Of a DNA stretch of 64,000 nt, positions 55,398 to 64,000 are shown one piece after another (positions within the stretch are counted from its first letter, which is position 1; each line of letters opens with the position of its first letter). The notes below the pieces were generated by a model. The model searched no databases. It was not told the DNA's origin and worked only from the letters and a program-made list of their open reading frames with translations. The position numbers and the translations under genes are program-made. The DNA is from an uncultured Caulobacterales bacterium (GTDB lineage Bacteria > Pseudomonadota > Alphaproteobacteria > Caulobacterales > Maricaulaceae), in NCBI GenBank assembly GCA_964636945.1, contig CAZWVH010000005.1, positions 770 through 64,769 of the forward strand. Direction: 5' to 3'.

Positions 55398-56189
55398 ATG
55401 TCTGACGCGCCGAGCCCAGCGCAAATCACTGGCAAAGTTCCGTTCTACAAAGACCCTCAGCCGCTCAGCGTGGAGCGCCATGCCGGATTGGGCATTAAGC
55501 GCTCCAATGAACCGTTAGCGTTTGCGCGCGATGCGCACATCGTGCCCTTGACGGTCGGCGAGTTTGGTCAAGCCGCCTTGCACTATCCTGTGATTTTTGC
55601 CGGCGAGAAACGTTCGCCCTTGGTGGTGATGGGGCTGCGTCCGGGGGAAAACCTGTTCATTTCGCCCGATGGCCGGATGGAAGACGGGGTCTATCTCCCC
55701 GCATTTGTGCGCCGTTATCCCTTTGTGTTTGCGGAGTCCCAATCCGATCAGGGATTCGTTGTTTGTGTGGATGCAGGATCGGATTTGGTGACCGATGCTC
55801 CCGACATTCCATTCTTTGAGGGCAAAGAACCAAGCCAATACACCAAGGACGCCATTGATTTTCTCAAGGGCTATGAGCAGCAGCGTCAGCTCACCAACAA
55901 TCTTGCCACCATGTTCGAAGAGCTTGGTCTGTTCGAAGAAAAATCGGTGACTTACCAGCCGCGCGATGCGCAAGGCGGACTTAAAGATCCGGTGAAAATC
56001 GCGGATTATTACGCGATCTCAATCGATAAGGTGAATGAGCTTTCAGCTCAGAAACTAGTGGAATTGAGAAACAATGGCGCGTTGGCTGCGATCTATGCTC
56101 ACAACCTGTCGCTGCTTAATTGGCAGCGGATCTTAGAGCGCGCGCTGAAAGTCAGTGCAAACTCAGCCGCGCCTGCGACCGCAAGTTAA
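55398..56189 (+). CDS. SapC-family protein
   Basis: Start at the second ATG, 5 nt after GGAGG. ...VPFYKDPQPLSVERHAGLGIK...HIVPLTVGEFGQAALHYPVIF...PLVVMGL....YLPAFVRRYPFVF. Confidence 0.8.
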   Translation: MSDAPSPAQITGKVPFYKDPQPLSVERHAGLGIKRSNEPLAFARDAHIVPLTVGEFGQAALHYPVIFAGEKRSPLVVMGLRPGENLFISPDGRMEDGVYLPAFVRRYPFVFAESQSDQGFVVCVDAGSDLVTDAPDIPFFEGKEPSQYTKDAIDFLKGYEQQRQLTNNLATMFEELGLFEEKSVTYQPRDAQGGLKDPVKIADYYAISIDKVNELSAQKLVELRNNGALAAIYAHNLSLLNWQRILERALKVSANSAAPATAS

Positions 56190-56238
56190 TTGGCGTCAGT
56201 TGGTGTTGGAGCAGTCAATCATCGGCGCGTCGTGGGAA

Positions 56239-56667
56239 TTATTCTTCCAGGCGCGCTAACACTGCCCGCGATAACAGTGACATGACCAGTTCCCCGTCAT
56301 GGTTGAGCACTTCATGCTGGGTGACGATTACACCGCCCTGCGGGTGGGCGCGCTCTTTGGCGAGAATCGTCATCCGCACCGACAGCACATCTCCCGAATA
56401 GGCCGTTTTGTACCAGCGCAACTGATCTTGCCCGATGCGCGCAATGATTGGCCAATCCTCTGTAAACTCAAACAACATGCGCGACCAAAGCGCATAGATA
56501 TGCGCCTGGGCGGCGGCCATTTCGCCTTTGCGCGGACTTTCATCGCCCGTTGCCGGCAGATATGGCGCGTAGCGGTTGCGAAATTCATCCACATCGACCC
56601 GCCGCAGCGGCTCAGCGCCAAAGGATAAAACGTCACCGACAATCACTTCTTCGTAATATTGGCCCAT
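56239..56667 (-). CDS. MaoC-like (R)-hydratase/dehydratase hot-dog protein
   Basis: Start at the internal ATG (MGQYYEEVIVGDVLSFG...). A single hot-dog domain of about 142 aa. Confidence 0.6.
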   Translation of the reverse strand: MGQYYEEVIVGDVLSFGAEPLRRVDVDEFRNRYAPYLPATGDESPRKGEMAAAQAHIYALWSRMLFEFTEDWPIIARIGQDQLRWYKTAYSGDVLSVRMTILAKERAHPQGGVIVTQHEVLNHDGELVMSLLSRAVLARLEE

Positions 56668-56876
56668 AATCCCATCGATCCTGAACACGATCACAGCGTC
56701 GCCGCACGGGTGTGACCGTTGGGTCAATCGCTGTGCCGAATGGCCAGAGCCCCATCCGACCATGGTCTTGTTGCACGTGTTCGCGAACTCTCACAAGCGC
56801 GCGAGGCGGTGGGCCAAACCCCACTTTCTCAGTTATATGCGTGTGTGTGGAGTGATGACGTCAGATGAGGACAGTT

Positions 56877-59024
56877 ATGCATCGGTTGGGACTGAGCGCG
56901 TTTGCGGGATTTTTAGCAGCGATCTGCGCCTTGGGCGGCGCCCTCGGTGAAGAGAGCGACACTCAGGCCAGCGAGAATGTGCGCGCGCGTCTAGTCACTG
57001 ACGTCAATGCGGTCGCTCCTGGGCAAACATTTCATGTGGCGCTGTATCAGGAGATGAATCCGGGCTGGCATACGTATTGGCGTAATCCCGGTGATTCGGG
57101 CGAACCCACGGTGATTGATTGGACCACAACTCCCGGAGTTGTGGTGGGGGAGCTGGTCTGGCCGGCGCCAGAAGCCATTCAAATCGAAGGCATCATCACC
57201 AATTACGGCTTCGAAGACGAGGTTTTGATCCTTGCCCCCGTGAGCGTTCCCGACACTGCCCCGATTGGACAGAACATCACGCTGACCGCCGATGTCTTGT
57301 GGCTGGAGTGCGAGCAGATTTGCATTCCGGTCGACGACATCGTTCTAACCGTGACGGTGCCGGTTGAGGCGACAAGTCAGCCCGATCCCGCATGGGCTGA
57401 CCAGATTTCCATTGCCCTTGATCAAGCGCCCGCGCCGTCCGGGTTTGACGCCGGTCTTGCCCAAGATGGCGAAGCCGTCCGGCTGAGCGTCGATTTGGCC
57501 GAACTTGAACCGGCGTTATTGGACGGTTCGATCCGCGATGTGCAGTTTTTTCCGTACGATCCTCGAGTGATCGACCACAACGCGCCGCAACCGGCGACTT
57601 ATTTCGAACGGGGCGTGTCGGTTTTGCTCGAGCCAGGGCCAGGGTGGCGCGATGAATTGACCGCGACCGATGGCGTGCTGGTCTTCGAGACGCGGTCTGG
57701 CGGCGGCTGGTCGCATGAGGCCGTGGAAATCTCCGCCACGGTTCAGAACATTGACTTGGGCGTCGCCGCCCTTGGCGGGGCCGCGGCGTCTGGCTCGGCA
57801 ACGCCTGCTGCGGGTGGCGGTGGCGGATTGTTGGGACTAATGGCGCTTGGTCTTGTCGGCGGATTGATCCTCAATCTCATGCCGTGCGTTTTTCCGGTGC
57901 TGACCATCAAAGCGGCTGGTTTCATTGAGCGCGCGCACGAAGACACGGGCGAAATTCGGCGGCACGGGCTTTTGTTTCTTGCCGGTGTTTTGACAACATT
58001 CGCACTGCTTGGCATTGGTATGGCCGCCGTGCGCGGCGCGGTGGGCGGGGACACCGCCATCTACGGCGCTTGGCTACAATATCCGCTGATCGTGACAATT
58101 TTGGCGGTGATCGTATTCCTCATCGGTCTGAACCTTCTCGGCGTGTTCGACATTGGGTATTCGGTCCAAAATGTGGGTTCCGGCCTTGCCGGTCAGGGCG
58201 GCAATGCTGGCGCATTTTTCACCGGGGTTCTGGCGGTGGTTGTCGGTGCGCCCTGCACCGGTCCGGTCATGGCGGGCGCCTTGGGATTGGCATTTGCGCA
58301 ACCAGCGCTAATCCTGATCGTCTTTTTCTTGGCCATGGGGATCGGTCTTGCCGCGCCATTCGTGGCTTTGAGTTTCTCGCCAGGGCTCCTCCGGTTGTTG
58401 CCGCGTCCGGGACGCTGGATGGAAATCACCAAACAGGTTCTGGCGTTTCCCATGTTCTTAACCGCGGCCTGGCTGATCTGGGTGATTGGAAGCGGCGATG
58501 CGGGCTCCACCGGTGTCGGATTGGCCCTGATCGCGATCGTGGCCACCAGTTTCCTAGTCTGGGCGTTCACCTCGCTCAAATCCAACACGGCTCCGACCTG
58601 GGTTACGCGTTCCTTGGCTGGGGCGGGCGTGGCCGCCGTGCTGTTCGCAGTGCCCAGCATTGGGGCCGATCGTACGATCACGGTGCGCGAAGAAGCTTGG
58701 TCAGCTGAGCGGGTGGCGGAACTTCAAGCTGCCGGAGAGCCCATTTTCGTGGACTTTACGGCGGCCTGGTGCGTGACCTGTCAGGCCAACAAATTCCGGG
58801 CGCTCAATCGCGATTCGGTGCGTGAAGCGTTCGCCGACCATAACGTGACATTTATGACCGCCGATTGGACTGCTAAAGATTCTGTGATTGCGAAAGAATT
58901 GGCGCGCTATGGCAGATCCGGCGTGCCTCTCTATCTCATGTACGGAACGGATGGTTCCGTTGAGATCTTGCCCCAGGTTCTTTCCCCCGCGATCGTAATT
59001 GAAGCGGTGGAAACGGCCACATAG
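56877..59024 (+). CDS. ScsB/DsbD-family membrane thiol-disulfide reductase (N-terminal periplasmic domain, TM core, C-terminal thioredoxin)
   Basis: Start at the ATG after GAGGA. N-domain GWHTYWRNPGDSGEPTVIDW. TM core with LNLMPCVFPVL and GAPCTGP cysteines. C-terminal FTAAWCVTCQ. Confidence 0.85.
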   Translation: MHRLGLSAFAGFLAAICALGGALGEESDTQASENVRARLVTDVNAVAPGQTFHVALYQEMNPGWHTYWRNPGDSGEPTVIDWTTTPGVVVGELVWPAPEAIQIEGIITNYGFEDEVLILAPVSVPDTAPIGQNITLTADVLWLECEQICIPVDDIVLTVTVPVEATSQPDPAWADQISIALDQAPAPSGFDAGLAQDGEAVRLSVDLAELEPALLDGSIRDVQFFPYDPRVIDHNAPQPATYFERGVSVLLEPGPGWRDELTATDGVLVFETRSGGGWSHEAVEISATVQNIDLGVAALGGAAASGSATPAAGGGGGLLGLMALGLVGGLILNLMPCVFPVLTIKAAGFIERAHEDTGEIRRHGLLFLAGVLTTFALLGIGMAAVRGAVGGDTAIYGAWLQYPLIVTILAVIVFLIGLNLLGVFDIGYSVQNVGSGLAGQGGNAGAFFTGVLAVVVGAPCTGPVMAGALGLAFAQPALILIVFFLAMGIGLAAPFVALSFSPGLLRLLPRPGRWMEITKQVLAFPMFLTAAWLIWVIGSGDAGSTGVGLALIAIVATSFLVWAFTSLKSNTAPTWVTRSLAGAGVAAVLFAVPSIGADRTITVREEAWSAERVAELQAAGEPIFVDFTAAWCVTCQANKFRALNRDSVREAFADHNVTFMTADWTAKDSVIAKELARYGRSGVPLYLMYGTDGSVEILPQVLSPAIVIEAVETAT

Positions 59025-59055
59025 TCGTCAACAGTCAATGAAAGGGAATGCGCTT

Positions 59056-59694
59056 ATGTTTTCACGTCGCAAATTTGGCCTCTACGCCAGCCTGCTCGCC
59101 ACCGTAGGCCTGACTTCTGGAGCCCTGCTCGCCACCAGCGCGGCGGCCGAACCCGTCATTGGCGAAGCTGCGCCCGCATTTGAGGGCACGACCACCAAAG
59201 GCGAAACTGTCTCGTTGTCAGACTATGCCGAAGGCACAGTGGTTTTGGAATGGACCAACCATGACTGCCCCTACGTCAAAAAGCATTATGTGAAGACCGA
59301 CAACATGCAGACTCTGCAAACTGACTGGACGGCCAAAGGTGTGACCTGGCTGCAAGTGATTTCGTCTGCGCCCGGTAAACAGGGCTATGTCTCAGCGGAA
59401 GAGGCGGAAGCCATCGCTGCTGAGCGCGGCGCCGCACCTAGCGCCATTATCCTTGATCCTGAAGGCGAAATCGGCCGCGCCTACGATGCGCGCACCACGC
59501 CGCACATGTATGTGATCAAAGACGGTGTCCTGGCGTATCAAGGCGCGATTGATGACAAGCCAACCTCACGTGAAGCCGATGTGGCGGGTGCGACCAATTA
59601 TGTCACTGCTGCGTTGACGGCTTTGGAAAACGGCCAAGAAGTGGAAGTCACCGAAAGCCGCGCCTATGGCTGCACCGTGAAATACGCGAGCTAG
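59056..59694 (+). CDS. Exported thioredoxin-fold (redoxin/AhpC-TSA-like) protein
   Basis: Start at the internal ATG (MFSRRKFGLYASLLATVGLTSGALLATSAAA signal). VVLEWTNHDCPYVKKHY and C-terminal YGCTVKY. Confidence 0.7.
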   Translation: MFSRRKFGLYASLLATVGLTSGALLATSAAAEPVIGEAAPAFEGTTTKGETVSLSDYAEGTVVLEWTNHDCPYVKKHYVKTDNMQTLQTDWTAKGVTWLQVISSAPGKQGYVSAEEAEAIAAERGAAPSAIILDPEGEIGRAYDARTTPHMYVIKDGVLAYQGAIDDKPTSREADVAGATNYVTAALTALENGQEVEVTESRAYGCTVKYAS

Positions 59695-59723
59695 TCGCTC
59701 CTTCCAGATCAGGAAGACAATGT

Positions 59724-59753
59724 AAGGCCGTTCTCCGCGAACGGCCTTTTTCT
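59724..59753 (+). terminator. Rho-independent terminator
   Basis: AAGGCCGTTC-TCCGC-GAACGGCCTT followed by TTTTCTT, 30 nt after the redoxin stop. Confidence 0.8.
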
Positions 59754-59868
59754 TGACTGCAGTGTGAGAACGCACCGTGCGCGCGGTTGCGCCCTGGAGG
59801 TAATGCGCGTATCGCAGCTGCGATCTTGGGGCGTTGGAGCGCCAATCAATTTGGAAATGGGGAGATTC

Positions 59869-61470
59869 ATGATCACGTCGCTTTCCGAATGGACAGCCGT
59901 CGCCGTGCATGCCGACCAGGTGGTCCGCAATCCCCGCCATGATTTTTTTGCCGACGAACCCAATCGACTGAAGCATTTTAGCGGCCAAGCGGCGGGCGTA
60001 TTTGTGGACGCCTCCAAACAACGTCTTGGTCAGGAAGGCCTAGACGCCTTGCACGCCGTTCTCAGGGCGCGCGGCTTTGAATCCCGTCGTCACGATCTGC
60101 TCGACGGCGATATCGTCAATCCAACAGAGCATCGTCCTGCGCTGCACACCGCTGCGCGTGGCGGCGGGTTTAGCCATGACGCCATCGCTGGGGCCAAAGA
60201 GTTGCGCGATCAGGCGCGCACCTTTGCCAATGCCGTGCGCAATGGTGAACGTACTGGCGCGTCCGGCAGGCCATTGCGCACCATCATCCATATCGGCATT
60301 GGCGGTTCCGACCTTGGCCCGCGCTTGTTGTGGGAAAGCCTGAAGCACCATCGCCAATTGGGCCTGGATGTGCGCTTCGCCGCCAATGTGGATTCTGCCG
60401 ACATCAATGATGCATTGGAGGGCGCGGACCCGGACTCCACGTTGTTCATTGTGGCGTCGAAGTCATTCACAACGCAGGAAACGCGGCTCAATGCGGAAAC
60501 AGCGCGCGCCTGGCTGCTGCAGCACATGGGCGAGGCGGCGGCCGGCCAGCACATCGCCGCGGTGACGGCCAAGCCTGACCGCGCCAAGGCCTTTGGTGTG
60601 GCCGAAGACGCAATTTTCCCATTCGATGAGGGTGTGGGCGGGCGCTATTCGCTTTGGTCTTCGGTGAGCCTGGCCATCGACATGGGCCTGAAAGAGGGCG
60701 TATTCGACAGTCTGCTGGTGGGTGCGGCGGCCATGGACACCCATTTTGCTGAAGCCGACTTGGCCCATAATCTGCCTGTCCTGTTGAGTTGTATGGATGT
60801 GTGGAACCGCAATGGGCTGCATGTGGCCAGCCGGGTGGTCGCGCCGTATTCAAAACGCTTGCGGTTATTACCGAGTTATCTCCAGCAATTGGAAATGGAA
60901 TCCAATGGTAAGAGCGTGACGCTGGACGGCGAGCCGGCCGGCGCCACGTCGCCCGTCGTATGGGGCGCTGAAGGCACAAACGCCCAGCACGCGTTTTTTC
61001 AACAATTGCATCAAGGCCCAGACGCGCTGCCTGTGGAGTTCATCGGTGTCTTAGACGATGGCGAAGCGCGTCCGGAACACTCCAAGGCGTTGATGGCCAA
61101 TATGCTCGCCCAAGCTGAGGCATTGCTGAAAGGCCGGGATATGGATACCGCTGAACGCGAAGGCGAGGCGGAGGGGCTCAGCCCTGAGCGCGCCATGCGC
61201 ATCGCTTTGCACCGGGTTTGCCCCGGCGGGCGGGGGTCGACCACGATTTTGCTGGAGGATCTATCGCCCGAAGGCGTTGGCGCGCTGATTGCGTTGTTTG
61301 AGCATAAGACCTTTGTCAACGCAGTCTTTTGGAACATCAACCCATTTGATCAATGGGGCGTGGAGCTGGGCAAAACACTGGCCAAGGATACGCTTGCCAG
61401 TCTCAATGGGGACATCGGTGATCGCCATGATCCCTCAACTCGGGCGCTGTTGGAGCGCCTGCGCGGTTAA
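59869..61470 (+). CDS. pgi: Glucose-6-phosphate isomerase
   Basis: Start at ATG 59869 after GGAGA. IGIGGSDLGP, FIVASKSFTTQET, GGRYSLWS, E.NGK, LFEHKTFV...INPFDQWGVELGK. Confidence 0.95.
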   Translation: MITSLSEWTAVAVHADQVVRNPRHDFFADEPNRLKHFSGQAAGVFVDASKQRLGQEGLDALHAVLRARGFESRRHDLLDGDIVNPTEHRPALHTAARGGGFSHDAIAGAKELRDQARTFANAVRNGERTGASGRPLRTIIHIGIGGSDLGPRLLWESLKHHRQLGLDVRFAANVDSADINDALEGADPDSTLFIVASKSFTTQETRLNAETARAWLLQHMGEAAAGQHIAAVTAKPDRAKAFGVAEDAIFPFDEGVGGRYSLWSSVSLAIDMGLKEGVFDSLLVGAAAMDTHFAEADLAHNLPVLLSCMDVWNRNGLHVASRVVAPYSKRLRLLPSYLQQLEMESNGKSVTLDGEPAGATSPVVWGAEGTNAQHAFFQQLHQGPDALPVEFIGVLDDGEARPEHSKALMANMLAQAEALLKGRDMDTAEREGEAEGLSPERAMRIALHRVCPGGRGSTTILLEDLSPEGVGALIALFEHKTFVNAVFWNINPFDQWGVELGKTLAKDTLASLNGDIGDRHDPSTRALLERLRG

Positions 61471-61537
61471 CAGCGTGTGGGGCCATTTGCGCTTTCCCGT
61501 TGCATCGGCCGGTCCAACGCGCTTGAACGATAGAGCT

Positions 61538-63085
61538 ATGACAAACACTTCTACGCGGGATGACCAATCGGTCATCGCTGAGAACAGGCGAGCCAGCGGG
61601 TCAAAGAAATCCAAGAAACCGGCGCGGCCCAAGGCGCGGCGCGCGCGCGGCTTCGAGGACAAGCCCGCTGAGATCTTGCGCGCTGAGCGCGAACTCGTCG
61701 CCAAGGCGTGCGCGGTTTATGAGTCCCACGGCTTTCAGCCGCTTGAAACGCCGGCGCTGGAGTATGCCGACGCGCTGGGCAAGTTTTTGCCCGACGCCGA
61801 CCGGCCCAATGAAGGCGTGTTTGCGTTTCAAGATGATGACGAGCAATGGCTCGCCATGCGCTATGATTTGACCGCGCCATTGGCTCGTCATGTGGCGGAA
61901 AACTTCGATCAGCTGGCCAAACCGTTCCGCCGTTATCAAGCAGGGCCGGTCTATCGCAACGAAAAGCCGGGACCCGGCAGGTTTCGCGAGTTTATCCAGT
62001 GTGACGCCGACACCGTGGGTGCGGCGGGCGCTGGCGCGGATGCGGAAATGATCGCGCTGGCCGTGAAGGTCATGCGCGCGGTGGGTCTGAAGGACGGCGA
62101 GTTCGTTGTTCGGGTCAATGATCGCCGGCTCTATGACGGCTTGTTTGAACATTTGGGCATCGCGCCAGAGCATCGCGTGCAGACCCTGAGATCACTGGAC
62201 AAGCTTGACAAATTCCCGCCTGACGAGGTGGTCCAGCTGCTGACCACGGGGCGTAAGGACCCGTCGGGCGATTTCACGCCAGGCGTGGGGCTCAGCGAAG
62301 CGATTGCACAGGCCGCCGTTGAGGCCACCGCCTCTGCATCCCTTAATGACATGCCGGAAGCTGAATTCATCGAGCGCTTCGGTGATAATGCGCAAAGCTT
62401 GGCGGCGCGTGACCGATTGCTCGACATCGTCCAATTGCTGAGCGCCTTAGGGGTTAGTGGCAAACAGGTGGCGTTCGACACCTCCGTGGTGCGCGGGTTG
62501 GAGTACTACACCGGTCCCGTGTTCGAGGCCGAATTGCTCATTGAGGTGGAAAACGAAAAGGGCCAGCCTGTGCGCGTGGGGTCGGTCGGCGGGGGCGGGC
62601 GGTATGACGACCTGGTCGCGCGGTTCAAAGGTCAGACCGTACCGGCCACGGGCTTTTCCTTTGGCGTATCACGGTTCGCTGCTGCGCTGCGCCTGGCTGG
62701 ACGGCTGGACGCCGCCCAAAATGACTCCAGTTTGGTGGTGATTTTATCAGTCGAAAACGACCAAATGGCGGACTATTTCACGCTGGCCGAGCAATTGCGG
62801 ACCCAAACCAAACTTCCCGTCGAAGTGTTCCAGGGCGGCGGCAATATGGGCAAGCAACTCAAATACGCCGACAAGCGCGGCGCCCGCTTCGCCGTGATCA
62901 TTGGCGAGGATGAACGCAAAGCCCGCCAAGTGACGGTGAAAGATTTGGCGCTCGGTGCGCGCCTTGCCGCTCAGATCACCTCCAATGAAGAATGGCGCCA
63001 AGACCAGCCCGCCCAAGACACCATAGCGCGCGGCCAGCTGGGCGCCTGGATCAAACGCGCCGTGCGCGCGCCGCTTCCGGAGTGA
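61538..63085 (+). CDS. hisS: Histidine--tRNA ligase with a basic N-terminal extension
   Basis: 61538 is the only ATG upstream of the class II core. Core ...RGFEDKPAEILRAERELV..YESHGFQPLETPALEY, FRRYQAGPVYRNEKPGPGRFREFIQCDAD, GGGRYDDLV. Anticodon-binding domain at the C-terminus. Confidence 0.9.
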   Translation: MTNTSTRDDQSVIAENRRASGSKKSKKPARPKARRARGFEDKPAEILRAERELVAKACAVYESHGFQPLETPALEYADALGKFLPDADRPNEGVFAFQDDDEQWLAMRYDLTAPLARHVAENFDQLAKPFRRYQAGPVYRNEKPGPGRFREFIQCDADTVGAAGAGADAEMIALAVKVMRAVGLKDGEFVVRVNDRRLYDGLFEHLGIAPEHRVQTLRSLDKLDKFPPDEVVQLLTTGRKDPSGDFTPGVGLSEAIAQAAVEATASASLNDMPEAEFIERFGDNAQSLAARDRLLDIVQLLSALGVSGKQVAFDTSVVRGLEYYTGPVFEAELLIEVENEKGQPVRVGSVGGGGRYDDLVARFKGQTVPATGFSFGVSRFAAALRLAGRLDAAQNDSSLVVILSVENDQMADYFTLAEQLRTQTKLPVEVFQGGGNMGKQLKYADKRGARFAVIIGEDERKARQVTVKDLALGARLAAQITSNEEWRQDQPAQDTIARGQLGAWIKRAVRAPLPE

Positions 63086-63107
63086 ACACGTTGTGGTTGT
63101 CGAACCC

Positions 63108-64000
63108 ATGACCCCGCCCAAGGGCCTCAAGGACGAGCGTGACGCCCTGTCGCCCATTCGTGACGTTTTGGCAGTGCAGGGCGCTCAGCCCATCCAACCG
63201 CCGATCCTGCAACCATTGGCGCCCTATCTTGATTTATCCGGGGAAGACGTGCGGGGGCGCCTCTATGTGGTCAGCGCGCCGGATGGCGAGCAATATTGCC
63301 TGCGGCCTGACCTCACGATTCCGGTGTGCCGATGGCATATCGAAACACAAATAGCGCCTGGCGCTGAGCAATCCGGTCCAATCACCTATCGCGTGGAGGG
63401 CCCGGCGTTCCGTTTTCCACCCTCAGGGGATGGCGGCGCGCGCGAATTTTTGCAGTTGGGGTTGGAGCGCTTTGGCGATCATGACGCCGTCGCGGCCGAT
63501 TGTGAGATGTGCGCCCTCGCGCTTGAAGCGGTCGCTGCGGGCGATGCTGCGCCCAGTGACACAGTGCTCGCCGACGCCTCGGTGTTTGCCGCATTCGGTG
63601 AGGCATTGGGCGTTGGCCCAGATTTGATCGGGCGCCTGGCGCGCCGTCGCGGCGCCCCGCAGACGGCGCAAACACCGTCCCACGTGGCAACATTGCTGGC
63701 GGGATTGTCCGAAAAGGAGGCAGGAGCGGCTTTGGCCGAGTTCTTCCGCATTGCCGGAGTCGAACCGGTCGGCCGGCGCACGCCAGAGGCCATCGCCGCC
63801 CGGTTGTTGGCTCAGTCGCGAGACGCGGCGGCTGAGACCAACAATCACGAAATTCGTGCGTGGACAGACAAACTACTCAAGATCGACGGTCCGCCACGAC
63901 GCGCATTGGACGCAATGGCCGCATTATGCCGAGAAGCGGGGGTGGCGATGGACACTTGGCTGCAGGCCTGGGCTCAACGGTTGGATCAGCTGGAGGCCAA
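63108..64000 (+). CDS. hisZ: ATP phosphoribosyltransferase regulatory subunit HisZ, N-terminal part (runs off the right edge)
   Basis: Not in the ORF track (no stop in-window). Hand translation from ATG 63108: MTPPKGLKDERDALSPIRDVLAVQGAQPIQPPILQPLAPYLDLSGEDVRGRLYVVSAPDGEQYCLRPDLTIPVCRWHIE...YRVEGPAFRF...REFLQLGLERFGD. It is HisRS-like but sits directly after hisS. Confidence 0.75.
   Translation, partial: MTPPKGLKDERDALSPIRDVLAVQGAQPIQPPILQPLAPYLDLSGEDVRGRLYVVSAPDGEQYCLRPDLTIPVCRWHIETQIAPGAEQSGPITYRVEGPAFRFPPSGDGGAREFLQLGLERFGDHDAVAADCEMCALALEAVAAGDAAPSDTVLADASVFAAFGEALGVGPDLIGRLARRRGAPQTAQTPSHVATLLAGLSEKEAGAALAEFFRIAGVEPVGRRTPEAIAARLLAQSRDAAAETNNHEIRAWTDKLLKIDGPPRRALDAMAALCREAGVAMDTWLQAWAQRLDQLEA

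Noticed and set aside
59802-59868. Upstream in-frame ATG (MRVSQLRS...) as the pgi start
   Set aside because: The GGAGG is only 2 nt from that ATG. The downstream ATG 59869 has properly spaced GGAGA and yields a typical Pgi N-terminus.
1-64000. Looked for CRISPR arrays, tRNA/rRNA/tmRNA genes, transposases, integrases, phage genes, toxin-antitoxin pairs and known multi-gene defence systems
   Set aside because: There are no repeat-spacer periodicity, no cloverleaf-like conserved tRNA segments in the intergenic gaps, and no DDE/tyrosine-recombinase/phage structural motifs in any listed ORF. The only defence-related genes recognised are dcm-vsr. Detection by eye is imperfect, so tRNAscan/Infernal/DefenseFinder/PADLOC runs would be decisive.

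Overview
This is a GC-rich, gene-dense chromosomal segment, judged by eye and not computed. I read it as alphaproteobacterial, probably a Caulobacterales/Maricaulales-type marine lineage. The reasons are a gcrA gene, a perfect CtrA-box, a phoR-pstCAB-phoU-phoB locus without pstS, a hisS-hisZ pair, SapC and several TonB-dependent receptors.

About 50 CDSs are supportable, and nearly all are recognisable housekeeping or envelope functions:
- a BNR/sortilin-like secreted protein (edge-truncated and missing from the ORF track)
- an mlaA / TBDR / HpnN-like MMPL / MlaC-like lipid cluster
- an alpha-2-macroglobulin + pbpC pair
- hemH and kdsD
- an OMF-MFP-RND efflux operon
- the Pho/Pst locus
- gcrA, argD, hslO, trkH, apaG, fadL-like
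- zur plus a ZnuD-like receptor
- a ScsB/DsbD-like reductase plus a redoxin
- pgi, hisS, and hisZ (edge-truncated and missing from the ORF track)

I see no rRNA, tRNA, CRISPR array, transposase or integrase.

The only clearly accessory-looking patch is about 43.7-49.8 kb. It holds:
- a restriction-less dcm-vsr pair flanked by unassignable ORFs
- an AT-rich gap carrying a 38-codon hydrophobic mini-ORF with a near-perfect Shine-Dalgarno (below the ORF-track size cut-off)
- a wHTH-TPR regulator
- an EF-G homolog that lacks the whole GTPase half (domains III-V only) and is bracketed by 17-nt direct repeats

I do not see a convincing multi-gene novel defence system. The most unusual items are the G-domain-less EF-G paralog, the mini-ORF, the TBDR-MMPL-MlaC arrangement and a canonical EF-hand loop inside a TolC-family outer-membrane factor.

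All functional calls rest on my recognition of motifs in the translations. No database search was run.
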